Assembly (NCBI GenBank): GCA_043806595.1
Contig: JAZDGU010000044.1
Location: forward strand, 1 to 26,223
DNA: 26,223 nucleotides
Origin: Candidatus Micrarchaeota archaeon
GTDB lineage: Archaea; Micrarchaeota; Micrarchaeia; Norongarragalinales; SBBD01
Direction of reading: 5' to 3'
Part shown: in pieces, positions 7,705 through 16,893 of the stretch
Layout: each line of letters begins with the position of its first letter
Position numbering within the stretch: the stretch's first letter is position 1
Position numbers and translations under genes: made by a program
The notes under the pieces: model-generated
Told to the model about the DNA's origin: nothing
What the model saw: the letters and a program-made list of their open reading frames with translations, nothing else
The model's database searches: none

Positions 7705-10700
7705 TTACCCCAGCCAGAAGTCCACGAAGGAGTCGTAGCTCTTCGGGAACGATATCTCGTAGTCGCTCCGGCTCGCGTTGAAGTCGGGCGCGTTCGGGTT
7801 AATGTTCGTGCAGAATATAATCCTATCTCCGGAATTGAAATCCTCGGAGTCGTCCTCGTCGCTGTAGAAGAGGCCGACGAGCCAGTTGCCCTCGTTTGTA
7901 AGCATGTAATAGGCCGAGGTGTTGCCGCAGACGTTTCCGCCGGAGTGGTTGTAGTTATTCTCGAGCAGGTCGTCCTCAAAGGAAAGGCCGAGCGCGGAGT
8001 CCATGGCGGGCATGTCCTCTGCGGTAGCCGCCTTGAACTTGCCCCATGACGGGACCACGGACTGCCGCGTGATGTAAACGTAGCCGGAGGACTGCCTGCG
8101 CTGGTATAGGATGGAAGAGGAATCCGGGGAGGTCTGATTTCGTACCTGCTGCGTGCTCGTGCCGAAGAAGCCGACGTACTGGCCGCTTCCACCGAGCGGG
8201 TTGGGCGGGAGTGTCACGGTGACGTTGAGCATGGGCGGCGGATCCTGCCTGCCCTCGTTGCCGACTCCGTCGTCCGCGAACACGGTAATGACGGTCAAAT
8301 TGCCGGTGGTGAGGCTGACGTTGACTTCCGCGCCGTAACGGGTGTCGCCCGCGCCGCCGGCATTGCAGCCCGTGTCCGAGAGCGTGTAGTTCTGCGTCGT
8401 GCCGTTGGGGAACGCCATCTGCACCCATACCGAGGACACTCCGCCGACATCCCCGGCGCTGGCGTTGACGCACACGAAATGCCCCTGCACCACCGCCGTG
8501 TCGTTGACATACGTGGAATTAACCACGGGAATCGTGTCCGGCGAGTCGAATTCGCCAAATGGCGTGGAACCGTTCGAGCCGTTGGCCCACATGCGCCACC
8601 AAACGCGCTCGCCTTCCGCGGCAAGAGGGACTTCGATGCTGACGTTGGCCCAAGTGTCGTTGTTGGCGGAAAACGCCTGCGCGGTCGAGTTCTGAAAGGT
8701 TCCCGTCGCGTTCCATTCGAGCCAGAAGTGGTCAAGTCCGGTGTCGTCGTACCAGTAGCTGTAGAAGAGCGCCGCGGAAAGCGGGGGCGGGCTGGAGACG
8801 TTCATTCCGAGATAGCCTGCGGTCGTGTTGTGGAAGGGATTGTCATTGATTACGGTGATTGCAATGTTTGGCCATTCGGACTGCCAGCCGAGGTTGCCGA
8901 CGCTGTCGTTGGAGTAAGTCGTATTGATGCCCAGGATGCCGGTGTCCTCGCCTGCGGCAAACTCGCCGCCCCATGCGTTGTCGCCCGCGCCGCCGGCAAG
9001 GCAGCCGGTGTCGGACATCGACACGTTCATCGAGGTACCGTTTGGATAGGTGACCTTCGCCCAGACCTCGCTCACGCCGCTGCCTGCGTCGCCGGCATTC
9101 GCGGTCACGCAGATCCTCGCGCGGATTCGAACGAGGGAATCGTTGGATGCGGTCGTGTTCACGAGCGGCGACTGGTTCAGTATGGTAATGTAGTTCAGGG
9201 GGGTGGAGTTGTACTTGAACGCGGCGTCGCGCGCCCAGATCCTGCCGGCGACGACCTTTCCCTCCGAAGACGCGGGGACTGCGATGGAATAATTCCCCCA
9301 AGTGTCGTTGGAGGACGCGAAATCCAGCGCGGTCTCGTTGACGAAGGATTCCGTCGCGTTCCACGACACGTAGTACCGGCCGAGCTCCACGTCGTCGTAC
9401 CAGTAGCTGAAGAATTCAACGACGTCGCCGGTGTCCGCGGACGAGGCGTTCAGGCCGTAAAAGCCGGCGGTCACGTTGTAATACGGGGGCTTGGAATCTC
9501 GGGAGGCGTTCACGTCCACCTGCACGAGATTTATTCGGCACTGGAACGGCGAGACTGCGGCCTTGACCGCCTTCATGTGCAGCCGCCAGAGGCTCGTCGT
9601 ATCGTTGCGGAAGTCCATTGGGGAATCCAGTATGGAGGACACATTGGCCTCGTCGGTGAGGGGCGTAGGGGAGGAGTTGTAGTTGGAATACGCCGGCCCG
9701 GAGGACGCGAAGGCCGCGGCGGTGTAGTTGTAGAGGTTCCATGTGACGTTGACGGATGCCGCGCTGAATGCCGAGACCGTGCGCCAGGTGAGGTTCGTCC
9801 AGTCGTTGGCATTGCTCGTGCCGTTGAATTCGAGCCACGCGGTGTATTCCAGCGGGTCTCCGGCGTAGGCGAAGTCGGACTCGAAGGACTCGTAAGTCGT
9901 CGAACCCAGGGTCTGGGTGACCGCGTTGTCGCCGAGGGTGACGATGGACTGGTTGTCCGCCCAGTAGAAGACTCCCAGGGCGCCGGTGCTGTTCGCGTAG
10001 AGCCCGAGGATGCCTGCGTCGTCGGGCGCATCGCGGGGGTTTCGGCGCAGCTGCACCCACGGGTGCGTGCTGCTCGCGGCAAAGGTTCTCGTCGAACCGT
10101 ACCACGAGGATGGGGCGGTGAAGTTCCTGTAGCTGAGCGAGCCGCCCGTTGTGCCCCACACGAGCAGGCCGCCCGAGCCGCTGGGCTCCCAGGCGAAGTC
10201 GGCAACCCTTGAGGCGTGGGAGTCGACGGTGCCGTCCCAGCGCGCGTCCGCAGTCCAGCCCGTGCCGTCATAGCGGCCGGTTGAAAGGTCGGTACCGGCA
10301 TCGATGTTGACGACCATCAGGTAGTCGCTTGCCGGGTCGGCCTTGAGGGTCAGCCAGTTGGGAAGGACGTTTGCCGCGGTGTTCACGTCGAAGACCGCGA
10401 CGTCGCTCCACGAGCCGGTGTAATTCTTCCAGTTGACGGCGTTGCCTTCGCCCGCCATGGCGATGGCGACTCCGCTGAGGGACGAGTATGCGACTGCGAC
10501 GTCCTCCTCCGCGGTTATGCTGACCGAAGCTGTCAGTTCAGTCTCACTCCCCCACGCGCTTCCGTCCCAGATGAAGGCCTGCGCGTCCGAGTTCGTGCCT
10601 TCTATGTAGGCGAGCGCCATGGAGGTGGAGTTGGACCACGGGTTGGGTGCGAGGGAAAGCCAGAAGACGTCGAGCGGGGTCGTATGCGACGTGTCGTTTA

Positions 10701-13700
10701 TGTACGCTTCATCGCTCCAGGAGATGCCGTCCCAGATGCGGTAGGCGATGTCGCGGCTCGCATTTGTGCCGGAAAGCCCGTAGGCTAGGAGCGCGCGGCT
10801 AGAGTTCGTCTCGTAGGCGATGTCGAACGGCCTGTAAGCGACGGCGGTGTTCGGCACGGTGCCGATGTCGCTGAAGACCGCATACTGCGTGCCGTTCCAG
10901 ACGTAGGCGTCTAGGTTGGCGTCGGCTCCCATGGTCACCATGATGCGCTCGCGGGGCCGCAGGCCGGGGAAGGGCGCGTGCGCGATCTGGGCCTGCCTGA
11001 CTTCCGAGCCTGCGTCGGGAAGCTCCTCTTCCGCGCCGACGGCGAGGTCCGTGAAGTTCCGGGTCTTGGGGTAGGTGTTGCCGGCCGCGAGGTCGGAGCG
11101 GTATGCGACGAAGGCGCGCGTGTGGCTCGAGGCGTTGTGGAATGACTCGTATGCGTCGCAGTACAGGTAGTTGGAGTCGCTCGCGTTGACGTCGGAGACT
11201 GCGCCGGAGGAGTTCTGCGTGAAGTTGATGAAGCCTATGTCAGAGGGATAGTAGTGCCCGAACGCGTCGGAGACGTTGACGTATACGCCGGGCTCGTCGT
11301 AGGCAAGGTTGCCCACGGAGTCGTTGGCGAAGGTCGCGTTGGCGTGGAGCGCGCCCGCGGTGTTCCCTACGGATACCAGCGCGCCGTACCAGTTGTCTCC
11401 GGGCGAGCCCGCGTTGCAGCCGGTGTCGCTCAACGAGTAGTTCTGGACCGTGCCGTTGGGGAAGGTCAGCTGCGCCCAGACCTCGCTGATTCCCGAGCCC
11501 GCGTCGCCCGCGCTGGCATTGACGCAAACGCTTTCCCCGGTCGAGACGTTCCTTGGCTGGACCGAGGTGGAGTTGACCAGAGGCGACTGGTTTAGTATGG
11601 TGACGTATGCCCCGTCCGTGGAGTTGAAAGCGCCGGCCGAGTCGTTCGCCCAGATCCTGCCGAAGACCACTTTTCCTTCGGCACCCGTGGGAACCGCCGC
11701 GGTGACGTTGCCCCAAGTGTCGTTCTGCGGGGAAAACTCTGAAACGGTGGTGTTCTCGAAGACGCCCGTGCCGTTCCACTCCAGAAGGAAGCCGGAAAGC
11801 GCGAAGTCGTCGTACCAGTAGCCGTGGAACATCACCTCGTCGCCGGCGTCGGCGGACGAGGCGTTCGCGCCGTAAAAGCCGGAAGTGGTGTTGAATATGG
11901 GCGGATGGCTGAGGGAGAGGTTGAATGCGGGCCACGGCGACTCGGAGCCGAGGTTGCCTGCGGAGTCGTTGGCGTAAGTCGTGTTGACGGTTATGTTGCC
12001 GCTCTCGGAGCCCGTCGGGATTTCCGCGCCCCAGACGTTGTCGCCCTCGATGCCGGCATTACAGCCCTCGTCCGAGAGCGAGAAGTTGACCGCTGTGCCG
12101 TTCGGGTACGTAATCATTGCCCAAACCGAGTGAATGCCGGAGCCGACGTCGCCCGCGCTGGCGTTGACGCACACCAGCTGGTCGGCCTGCACGAAGCCCG
12201 AGGTGTTGACTTCCGTGGAATTGACCTGCGGGGAAACGTTCTGCACGGTGAACCCGAAGTCGTCGGTGTTGTTGAACTGGTCGTCTGAGTCGTTCGCGCG
12301 GATCCTCCCGGCGAAGATTCCTCCCTCGGCCGAAAGCGGCACCTCGATGGAATAGTTGCCCCATGTGATGTTTGCAGGGGAGAACGCGAGGTAGCCCTGG
12401 GCGACGAAGCCCCCGGTCGCGTTCCAAACGAGGGTGTACATGCCGAGCCCGATGTCGTCGTACCAGAAGCTGTAGAACTCCACGCGGTCGCCGGGCAGGG
12501 GGTTGGTGTCGTTGACGCCGCGGAAGCCGGCGGTGGTATTGTAATAGGGGGGGTCGCTGAGCGCCTCGGTCACGACGACGTCAATGCCTACTTCCTGGCT
12601 GCCGAGGTTGCCGAGGGTGTCGTCGGCGTAGGTGTAGTTCACCGTGAAGTTGCCTGCAGTAAGGCCCACGTTGATCGATATGCCGTAGAACGTGTCGCCC
12701 GGGCCGCCGGCGTTGCAGCCCTCGTCTGAAAGGCTCCGGTTCTGCACCGTGCCGTTCGGGAACGTTATCTGCGCCCATACCTCGCTGACGCCCACGCCCG
12801 AGTCACCCGCGGTCGCGTTCACGCACACTATGGAAGTGACAATGGTGGATTCCTTGTCCACTGCAGTGGAGTTCACCACCGGGCTCTGGTTGAGTATGAG
12901 GACGGTGATGTTCGACGTGGCGTTGAACTGGTCGAGCGAATCGTTCGCCCAGAGCCGGCCGAAGACGTATTGGCCCTCTGCAGTTCCGGGAACTGCAATG
13001 GTGGCGTTGCCCCACGTGTCGTTCTGCGGGGAGAATTCGGTGACGGAGACGTTGTCGAAGATGCCGCTGGCGTTCCATTCAAGCAGGAAGCTGGAGAGCG
13101 CGAAGTCGTCGTACCAGTAGGAGAAAAACTTCACCACGTCGGTGGTGTTTGCGGTCGTCGCGTTGGCGCCGAGATACGCCGGGGTTCCGGCGTGATAGGG
13201 CGGGGAGTCGAAGACCGTCGCGTTGAGCGCGGGCCAAGGCGACTCGAAGCCGACGTTGCCCGCCGCGTCAATGCCGTAGGTTTCGTTCACGGTCACGTTG
13301 CCCGGAGTGTCGCCCGCCTCGAATTCAAGGCCGTAGCGGTTGTCGCCTGGGCCTCCGGCGTTGCAGCCGGTGTCCGACATCGTCCAGTTCTCATACGTGC
13401 CGTTGGGAAAGGTAATCGTTACGAGCACTGCGGAGATGCCGCTTGCGGCGTCGCCCGCGGAAACATTCGCGCAAAGGCGCTGGCCCCTGCGAAGCGAGGT
13501 GGCGTTCAGGAAAGTGGAGTTGACGAGCGGGCTCTCGTTCTGCACGAGGAAGGAGAAGTTGCGCGTTACGTTGAACGCGTTCGCGCTGTCGTTCGCCCAG
13601 ATGCGCGCGGTGACGTTCCTCCCCTCCGCGCTCCCGGGCACCTGCACGGAGTAGTTCGCCCAAGTGTTGTTCGCGGACGAGAAGGGGAGCCACGTCAGGT

Positions 13701-16287
13701 TGGCGGACGCGCCGGTGGCGTTCCACTCTAGGGAGTACATGCTCAGCGGGTTCGCGCTGAACGACGTCCAGTAGGAGTAGACGAGTATCCGGTCGTTGCC
13801 CTTGGGGGCGGTGTTGTTGATGCCGGTGACGGCCGGCGTGGTCGCATTGAACTCGACCCAGTCAATCTTGCACTGGAATTCCGCGGACGTTGCCTTGACC
13901 GCCTTGAATCGCAGCTTCCATAGGCCGGTCGCGGCGTCGCGGAAGTCGGCCGGCGAGGTGGCGACCGCGGTGCTGTTCGCCTCGTCGGTGTTCGGCGTCG
14001 TCGAGGAGTTGTAAGTCGAGAACCCGGGCCCGCTCGCGGAAAACGCGCCGGCCGTGTAGTTGTAGAGCTGCAACGTCACGTTGACCGTTGCCACGGAGAA
14101 CGAGGAGTCGACGCTCCAGTTCAGCCTGCCCCACGGCTCGAGGTTGCTGCTGCCGTTGAAGTCTAGCCACGCGGTGTACTCCGTCGGCGTGCCGGTCTGC
14201 ATGAATGCTGCATCGAATGACTCGTTCGTCGTGAGGCCGGTGAGCTGGGTGATCGAGTTCTGGGGGAAGGCGTACATCGTCGTGTTCGCCCAGTAGAAGT
14301 GGCCAATCGCGCCCGTGCTGTTCTCGAAGATTCCGAGGATTCCGGCATCGTTCGCCGAGGCGCGGGGGTTGCCGCGCAGGGTGATCCACGGGTGGGTGCT
14401 TGCCGCGGAAAAAGTCGAGCTCCCCGACCAGGAGGACGGCGCGGTGAAGTTCACGTAGTTGACGACGCCGGAGGTCGTGCCCCACGCGAGCACTCCAGTT
14501 GAGCCCGTAGGCGTCCACGCGAAGTCTGCGCACCTGGAGGCGTGGGAGTCAATGGTGCCGTCCCAGCGCGCGTCCGCTGTCCACGACGTGCCGTCGTAGC
14601 GGCCGGTGGAAAGGTCGGTGCCTCCGTCTACGTTCACGAGCATCATGCGGTCGCTCGAGGGGTCGGCTTTGAGGGATAGCCAGTTCGGGGCCGCGTTTGC
14701 TCCCGTATTGCAGTCGAAGGTTCCAAGCGCGCTCCATGCGGACGTGAAGTTCTTCCAGACGATGTTGTTGCCTGAGCCGGCGAGCGCTATGGCGATTCCG
14801 CTCGTATAGGAATAGGCCACGGCCAGAGCCTCCTCGGTAGCGCTGCTGACCGCGCCGGTGATTTCGGTCTCGTCGCCCCAAGCGCTGCCGCTCCAGATGA
14901 AGGCCTGCACGTCGCTGTTCGAGCGGTCCAAATATGCGAGGACTATGCTCGACGAGTTCTGCCACGGGTTGGCCGCGAGCTCGGCGTACCTGCCGATGAT
15001 GTCGGTGCCGTGGCCGGCGTCGTCGATGTAGGCCTCGTCGGCCCATACCGAGCCGTTCCAGATGCGGTAGCCGAGGTCTTTTGTCGTGTCCGCGGAGGCT
15101 ACCGCGTAGACAACCATCGCCCTGCTCGTGTTCGTCTCGTAGGCGACGTCGAACGGCCGGTAGCCGGATTCTGTTGCCACCACCTGCCCGATGTTGTTCG
15201 TGACCAGATACTGCGTGCCGTTCCAGACGTAGGCGTCGAGCCAGCCGTCGCGGCTGAGGGTGACCACTGCCCGCTCGAAGGGGCGCGGGCCGATACCCGG
15301 AGCGGTCGCCATGCGAACGGCCTGCATCTGGTCGCCGGTAGTCGGCAGGTCGGATTCCGCGGAGAAGGCGAGGTCCGTGAAGTTCTTCTCGTGGGGAATG
15401 TTTATTCCGGTGCCGAGGGACGAGCGGTAGACGGTGAACAGCTTGGTCTTGCTTGCGGCATCGTAGAACGACGGGTACGCGCGGCAGGAGAGGTAGCTTC
15501 CGTCGTTGCCGGCAAGGTCGGAGAGCCCGCCGGAGACGTTCAGGGTGAAGTTCTTGAACTCGACGCCCGAGGGGTTGTAGGCGTTGCTCTTGTTGCCCTC
15601 CAACCACGCCGGGTCGGTCAAAGAGAACGAGACAGTGTATTCTTCGCCGGGGGCGAGGTCCCTGATTTTTCTCCACCCGCCGGGGCACAATCGGTCGAAG
15701 AACTGCCACGAGGCGCACTTGTAGAGCACCTGCCCCTCCGCGGTCTTGGTGAAGGAGGCGGACGAGAACTGCAGGTTCTGGGGGTTGATGGCGAACGCGC
15801 GGGTTGCAAGCAGTTCCGCGGGAGCGATTTCTTTTTCGGGAAGGGCTTCCACGCCGAGCGCGAAACCCGTGTGCCGGAATTCGTTTAGGCGGATGCTCAT
15901 CGAAGGGATTTCCGGGACCTCTAGCTGGACGGCGTCTTCAGCGGGGTAGTAGAGCGCGGGGAGGCGCCGCAGGTCGCGTGATGCAGTATAGCCGTAGAAC
16001 TCGGCTGGCTCGGGCGCGGGCGTGGGGGTGGGCTCGGGCTGGTAAACCGGCTCGGGCGGCTGTTCCTCGATATTTGGATTCTCGATGAAGCCGCCTTCGC
16101 CGGTTTCTTCGGTAGAGGAGTTTTCCATTTCCGGGGGGATTTCCGCGGGGCCCTCGAACAGGAGGATTCGGCTGGAATGGCTTTTTGCAGGGACGGGGTC
16201 CTGCAGGAATGCAAAAGACCCGATTGCGGCCAGCAGGATGAACGCTGCTAGGCAGAGCGCGGCCGTTTTTGTCGCGAAAGAGGTCAT
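7705..16287 (-). CDS. Giant (2860 aa) secreted repetitive surface glycoprotein / putative adhesin
   Basis: N-terminal signal peptide, Pro/Glu linker, two ~580-aa modules with W-x-G-x-x-W propeller-like blades, six ~210-aa Ig-like repeats and very many N-X-S/T sequons. No C-terminal TM helix. The C-terminal domain is homologous to the upstream 200-aa protein, and the start overlaps the upstream stop (ATGA). Confidence 0.93.
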   Translation of the reverse strand: MTSFATKTAALCLAAFILLAAIGSFAFLQDPVPAKSHSSRILLFEGPAEIPPEMENSSTEETGEGGFIENPNIEEQPPEPVYQPEPTPTPAPEPAEFYGYTASRDLRRLPALYYPAEDAVQLEVPEIPSMSIRLNEFRHTGFALGVEALPEKEIAPAELLATRAFAINPQNLQFSSASFTKTAEGQVLYKCASWQFFDRLCPGGWRKIRDLAPGEEYTVSFSLTDPAWLEGNKSNAYNPSGVEFKNFTLNVSGGLSDLAGNDGSYLSCRAYPSFYDAASKTKLFTVYRSSLGTGINIPHEKNFTDLAFSAESDLPTTGDQMQAVRMATAPGIGPRPFERAVVTLSRDGWLDAYVWNGTQYLVTNNIGQVVATESGYRPFDVAYETNTSRAMVVYAVASADTTKDLGYRIWNGSVWADEAYIDDAGHGTDIIGRYAELAANPWQNSSSIVLAYLDRSNSDVQAFIWSGSAWGDETEITGAVSSATEEALAVAYSYTSGIAIALAGSGNNIVWKNFTSAWSALGTFDCNTGANAAPNWLSLKADPSSDRMMLVNVDGGTDLSTGRYDGTSWTADARWDGTIDSHASRCADFAWTPTGSTGVLAWGTTSGVVNYVNFTAPSSWSGSSTFSAASTHPWITLRGNPRASANDAGILGIFENSTGAIGHFYWANTTMYAFPQNSITQLTGLTTNESFDAAFMQTGTPTEYTAWLDFNGSSNLEPWGRLNWSVDSSFSVATVNVTLQLYNYTAGAFSASGPGFSTYNSSTTPNTDEANSTAVATSPADFRDAATGLWKLRFKAVKATSAEFQCKIDWVEFNATTPAVTGINNTAPKGNDRILVYSYWTSFSANPLSMYSLEWNATGASANLTWLPFSSANNTWANYSVQVPGSAEGRNVTARIWANDSANAFNVTRNFSFLVQNESPLVNSTFLNATSLRRGQRLCANVSAGDAASGISAVLVTITFPNGTYENWTMSDTGCNAGGPGDNRYGLEFEAGDTPGNVTVNETYGIDAAGNVGFESPWPALNATVFDSPPYHAGTPAYLGANATTANTTDVVKFFSYWYDDFALSSFLLEWNASGIFDNVSVTEFSPQNDTWGNATIAVPGTAEGQYVFGRLWANDSLDQFNATSNITVLILNQSPVVNSTAVDKESTIVTSIVCVNATAGDSGVGVSEVWAQITFPNGTVQNRSLSDEGCNAGGPGDTFYGISINVGLTAGNFTVNYTYADDTLGNLGSQEVGIDVVVTEALSDPPYYNTTAGFRGVNDTNPLPGDRVEFYSFWYDDIGLGMYTLVWNATGGFVAQGYLAFSPANITWGNYSIEVPLSAEGGIFAGRIRANDSDDQFNNTDDFGFTVQNVSPQVNSTEVNTSGFVQADQLVCVNASAGDVGSGIHSVWAMITYPNGTAVNFSLSDEGCNAGIEGDNVWGAEIPTGSESGNITVNTTYANDSAGNLGSESPWPAFNLSLSHPPIFNTTSGFYGANASSADAGDEVMFHGYWYDDFALSGFLLEWNGTGVFENTTVSEFSPQNDTWGNVTAAVPTGAEGKVVFGRIWANDSAGAFNSTDGAYVTILNQSPLVNSTSVQPRNVSTGESVCVNASAGDAGSGISEVWAQLTFPNGTVQNYSLSDTGCNAGSPGDNWYGALVSVGNTAGALHANATFANDSVGNLAYDEPGVYVNVSDAFGHYYPSDIGFINFTQNSSGAVSDVNASDSNYLYCDAYESFHNASSHTRAFVAYRSDLAAGNTYPKTRNFTDLAVGAEEELPDAGSEVRQAQIAHAPFPGLRPRERIMVTMGADANLDAYVWNGTQYAVFSDIGTVPNTAVAYRPFDIAYETNSSRALLAYGLSGTNASRDIAYRIWDGISWSDEAYINDTSHTTPLDVFWLSLAPNPWSNSTSMALAYIEGTNSDAQAFIWDGSAWGSETELTASVSITAEEDVAVAYSSLSGVAIAMAGEGNAVNWKNYTGSWSDVAVFDVNTAANVLPNWLTLKADPASDYLMVVNIDAGTDLSTGRYDGTGWTADARWDGTVDSHASRVADFAWEPSGSGGLLVWGTTGGSLSYRNFTAPSSWYGSTRTFAASSTHPWVQLRRNPRDAPDDAGILGLYANSTGALGVFYWADNQSIVTLGDNAVTQTLGSTTYESFESDFAYAGDPLEYTAWLEFNGTSNANDWTNLTWRTVSAFSAASVNVTWNLYNYTAAAFASSGPAYSNYNSSPTPLTDEANVSSILDSPMDFRNDTTSLWRLHMKAVKAAVSPFQCRINLVQVDVNASRDSKPPYYNVTAGFYGLNASSADTGDVVEFFSYWYDDVELGRYYVSWNATESFVNETALDFASSNDTWGNYSIAVPASSEGKVVAGRIWARDAAFKYNSTPLNYITILNQSPLVNTTASNDSLVRIRARICVTANAGDAGSGVSEVWAKVTYPNGTSMNVSMSDTGCLAGGAGDNAWGGEFAAGEDTGILGINTTYSNDSVGNLGWQSEWPNIAITVINDNPFHNTTAGYLGMNVSSPPPLSAALFYSYWYDDTGLDHFWLEWNATGTFQNSTAQAFSANNDTWANVSIEVPLAAEGERVWWRMWANGSNGSTPFGEFDSPDTIPVVNSTYVNDTAVVQGHFVCVNASAGDVGGVSSVWVQMAFPNGTTQNYTLSDTGCNAGGAGDTRYGAEVNVSLTTGNLTVITVFADDGVGNEGRQDPPPMLNVTVTLPPNPLGGSGQYVGFFGTSTQQVRNQTSPDSSSILYQRRQSSGYVYITRQSVVPSWGKFKAATAEDMPAMDSALGLSFEDDLLENNYNHSGGNVCGNTSAYYMLTNEGNWLVGLFYSDEDDSEDFNSGDRIIFCTNINPNAPDFNASRSDYEISFPKSYDSFVDFWLG
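8210..13830 (-). repeat. Six ~630-bp intragenic repeats (four at approx. 11270-13830, two at approx. 8210-9495)
   Basis: The consensus FYSYWYDD..L....LEWNATG.F.N......F...N.TWGN and C(V/A)NA.AGD..SG(I/V)S.VW...T(F/Y)PNGT..N.(S/T)(L/M)SD.GC.AG..GD..(Y/W)G recurs six times with minor deviations. Confidence 0.92.
9503..15579 (-). repeat. Two copies of a ~1.75-kb intragenic module (approx. 13840-15579 and 9503-11253)
   Basis: Collinear protein similarity from YNPSG/YYPSD to CKIDWVEF/CRINLVQV, for example GTDLSTGRYDGT[SG]WTADARWDGT[IV]DSHASR[CV]ADFAW. Confidence 0.92.
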
Positions 16288-16886
16288 GAGAGGTCGAACC
16301 AGATGTCGTAAGCCATATACGCCGGCGTCTTGGCTACGATGATCTCGTAGCTTATCGTGCCGAAGCCGTTGCTGCTGAAGAAGCTGCCGATGTCCGTGCA
16401 GAAGAAGTACGCCGTGTTCGCGGTGTTGGAAAGCAGGCCGGTCATGCGGTTGTCAGTGGTGTTGAGCTTGCTGACGTTCGCAACGCCGCACGCGTCCTGC
16501 CGGGAGTCGAAATGATAGACCGTCGAATAGAAGCCGGTGAGGCCAATGACGCCGTCGGCAGTGGAGTTCGCGGTGGCGTTGATAAAAGAGGCGGGCGGGG
16601 AGACGCCGTTCTTCATGAAATACAGTTTTCCGCTCGTGACGCTGCGGTTGTACATTACGTTGCCCAGCTGCGTCGAGTTGCGCACCTGCATCGTGACGTT
16701 GCCGTAGTAGCCGACGTACATCTGCATGCGCCCCGTGATGTTCGTGTTGTTCGCGGTCCCGTTGTCGTCCGGAACCTGCCAGTTCGGGTAATCCGACTGC
16801 TCTGGAAGCGCCCCTGCGCCGCTAGCGAAAAGCAGGGCAATAACTGCTATGGCTGCGGCGGGAGCCGCTGCCCTCCTGAGGTCCAT
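16284..16886 (-). CDS. Secreted 200-aa beta-rich protein, putative filament/pilin-like subunit
   Basis: Start ATG 16886 (MDLRRAAAPAAAIAVIALLFASGAGA, Sec-type signal), 7 nt after the upstream stop. The mature domain YVGYYGNVT...C...FFCT...YEIIV..YDIWFDLS matches the giant protein's C-terminus. The pilin role is inference. Confidence 0.85.
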   Translation of the reverse strand: MDLRRAAAPAAAIAVIALLFASGAGALPEQSDYPNWQVPDDNGTANNTNITGRMQMYVGYYGNVTMQVRNSTQLGNVMYNRSVTSGKLYFMKNGVSPPASFINATANSTADGVIGLTGFYSTVYHFDSRQDACGVANVSKLNTTDNRMTGLLSNTANTAYFFCTDIGSFFSSNGFGTISYEIIVAKTPAYMAYDIWFDLS

Positions 16887-16893
16887 CGCTTGG

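Noticed and set aside
8479..10212. 577-aa + strand ORF and the many other antisense or alternate-frame ORFs inside the giant gene
   Set aside because: Arg/Gly/Val-rich shadow translations. The repeats are conserved at protein level only in the 2860-aa frame.
7705..16287. CRISPR array or diversity-generating retroelement TR/VR pair among the repeats
   Set aside because: The repeats are long, in-frame and coding, with differences not confined to adenines. No reverse transcriptase, cas gene or repeat-spacer periodicity was seen.
16284..16886. Type IV pilin/archaellin assignment
   Set aside because: There is no class III cleavage motif followed by a retained hydrophobic helix. The signal ends in A-G-A like a signal peptidase I substrate.
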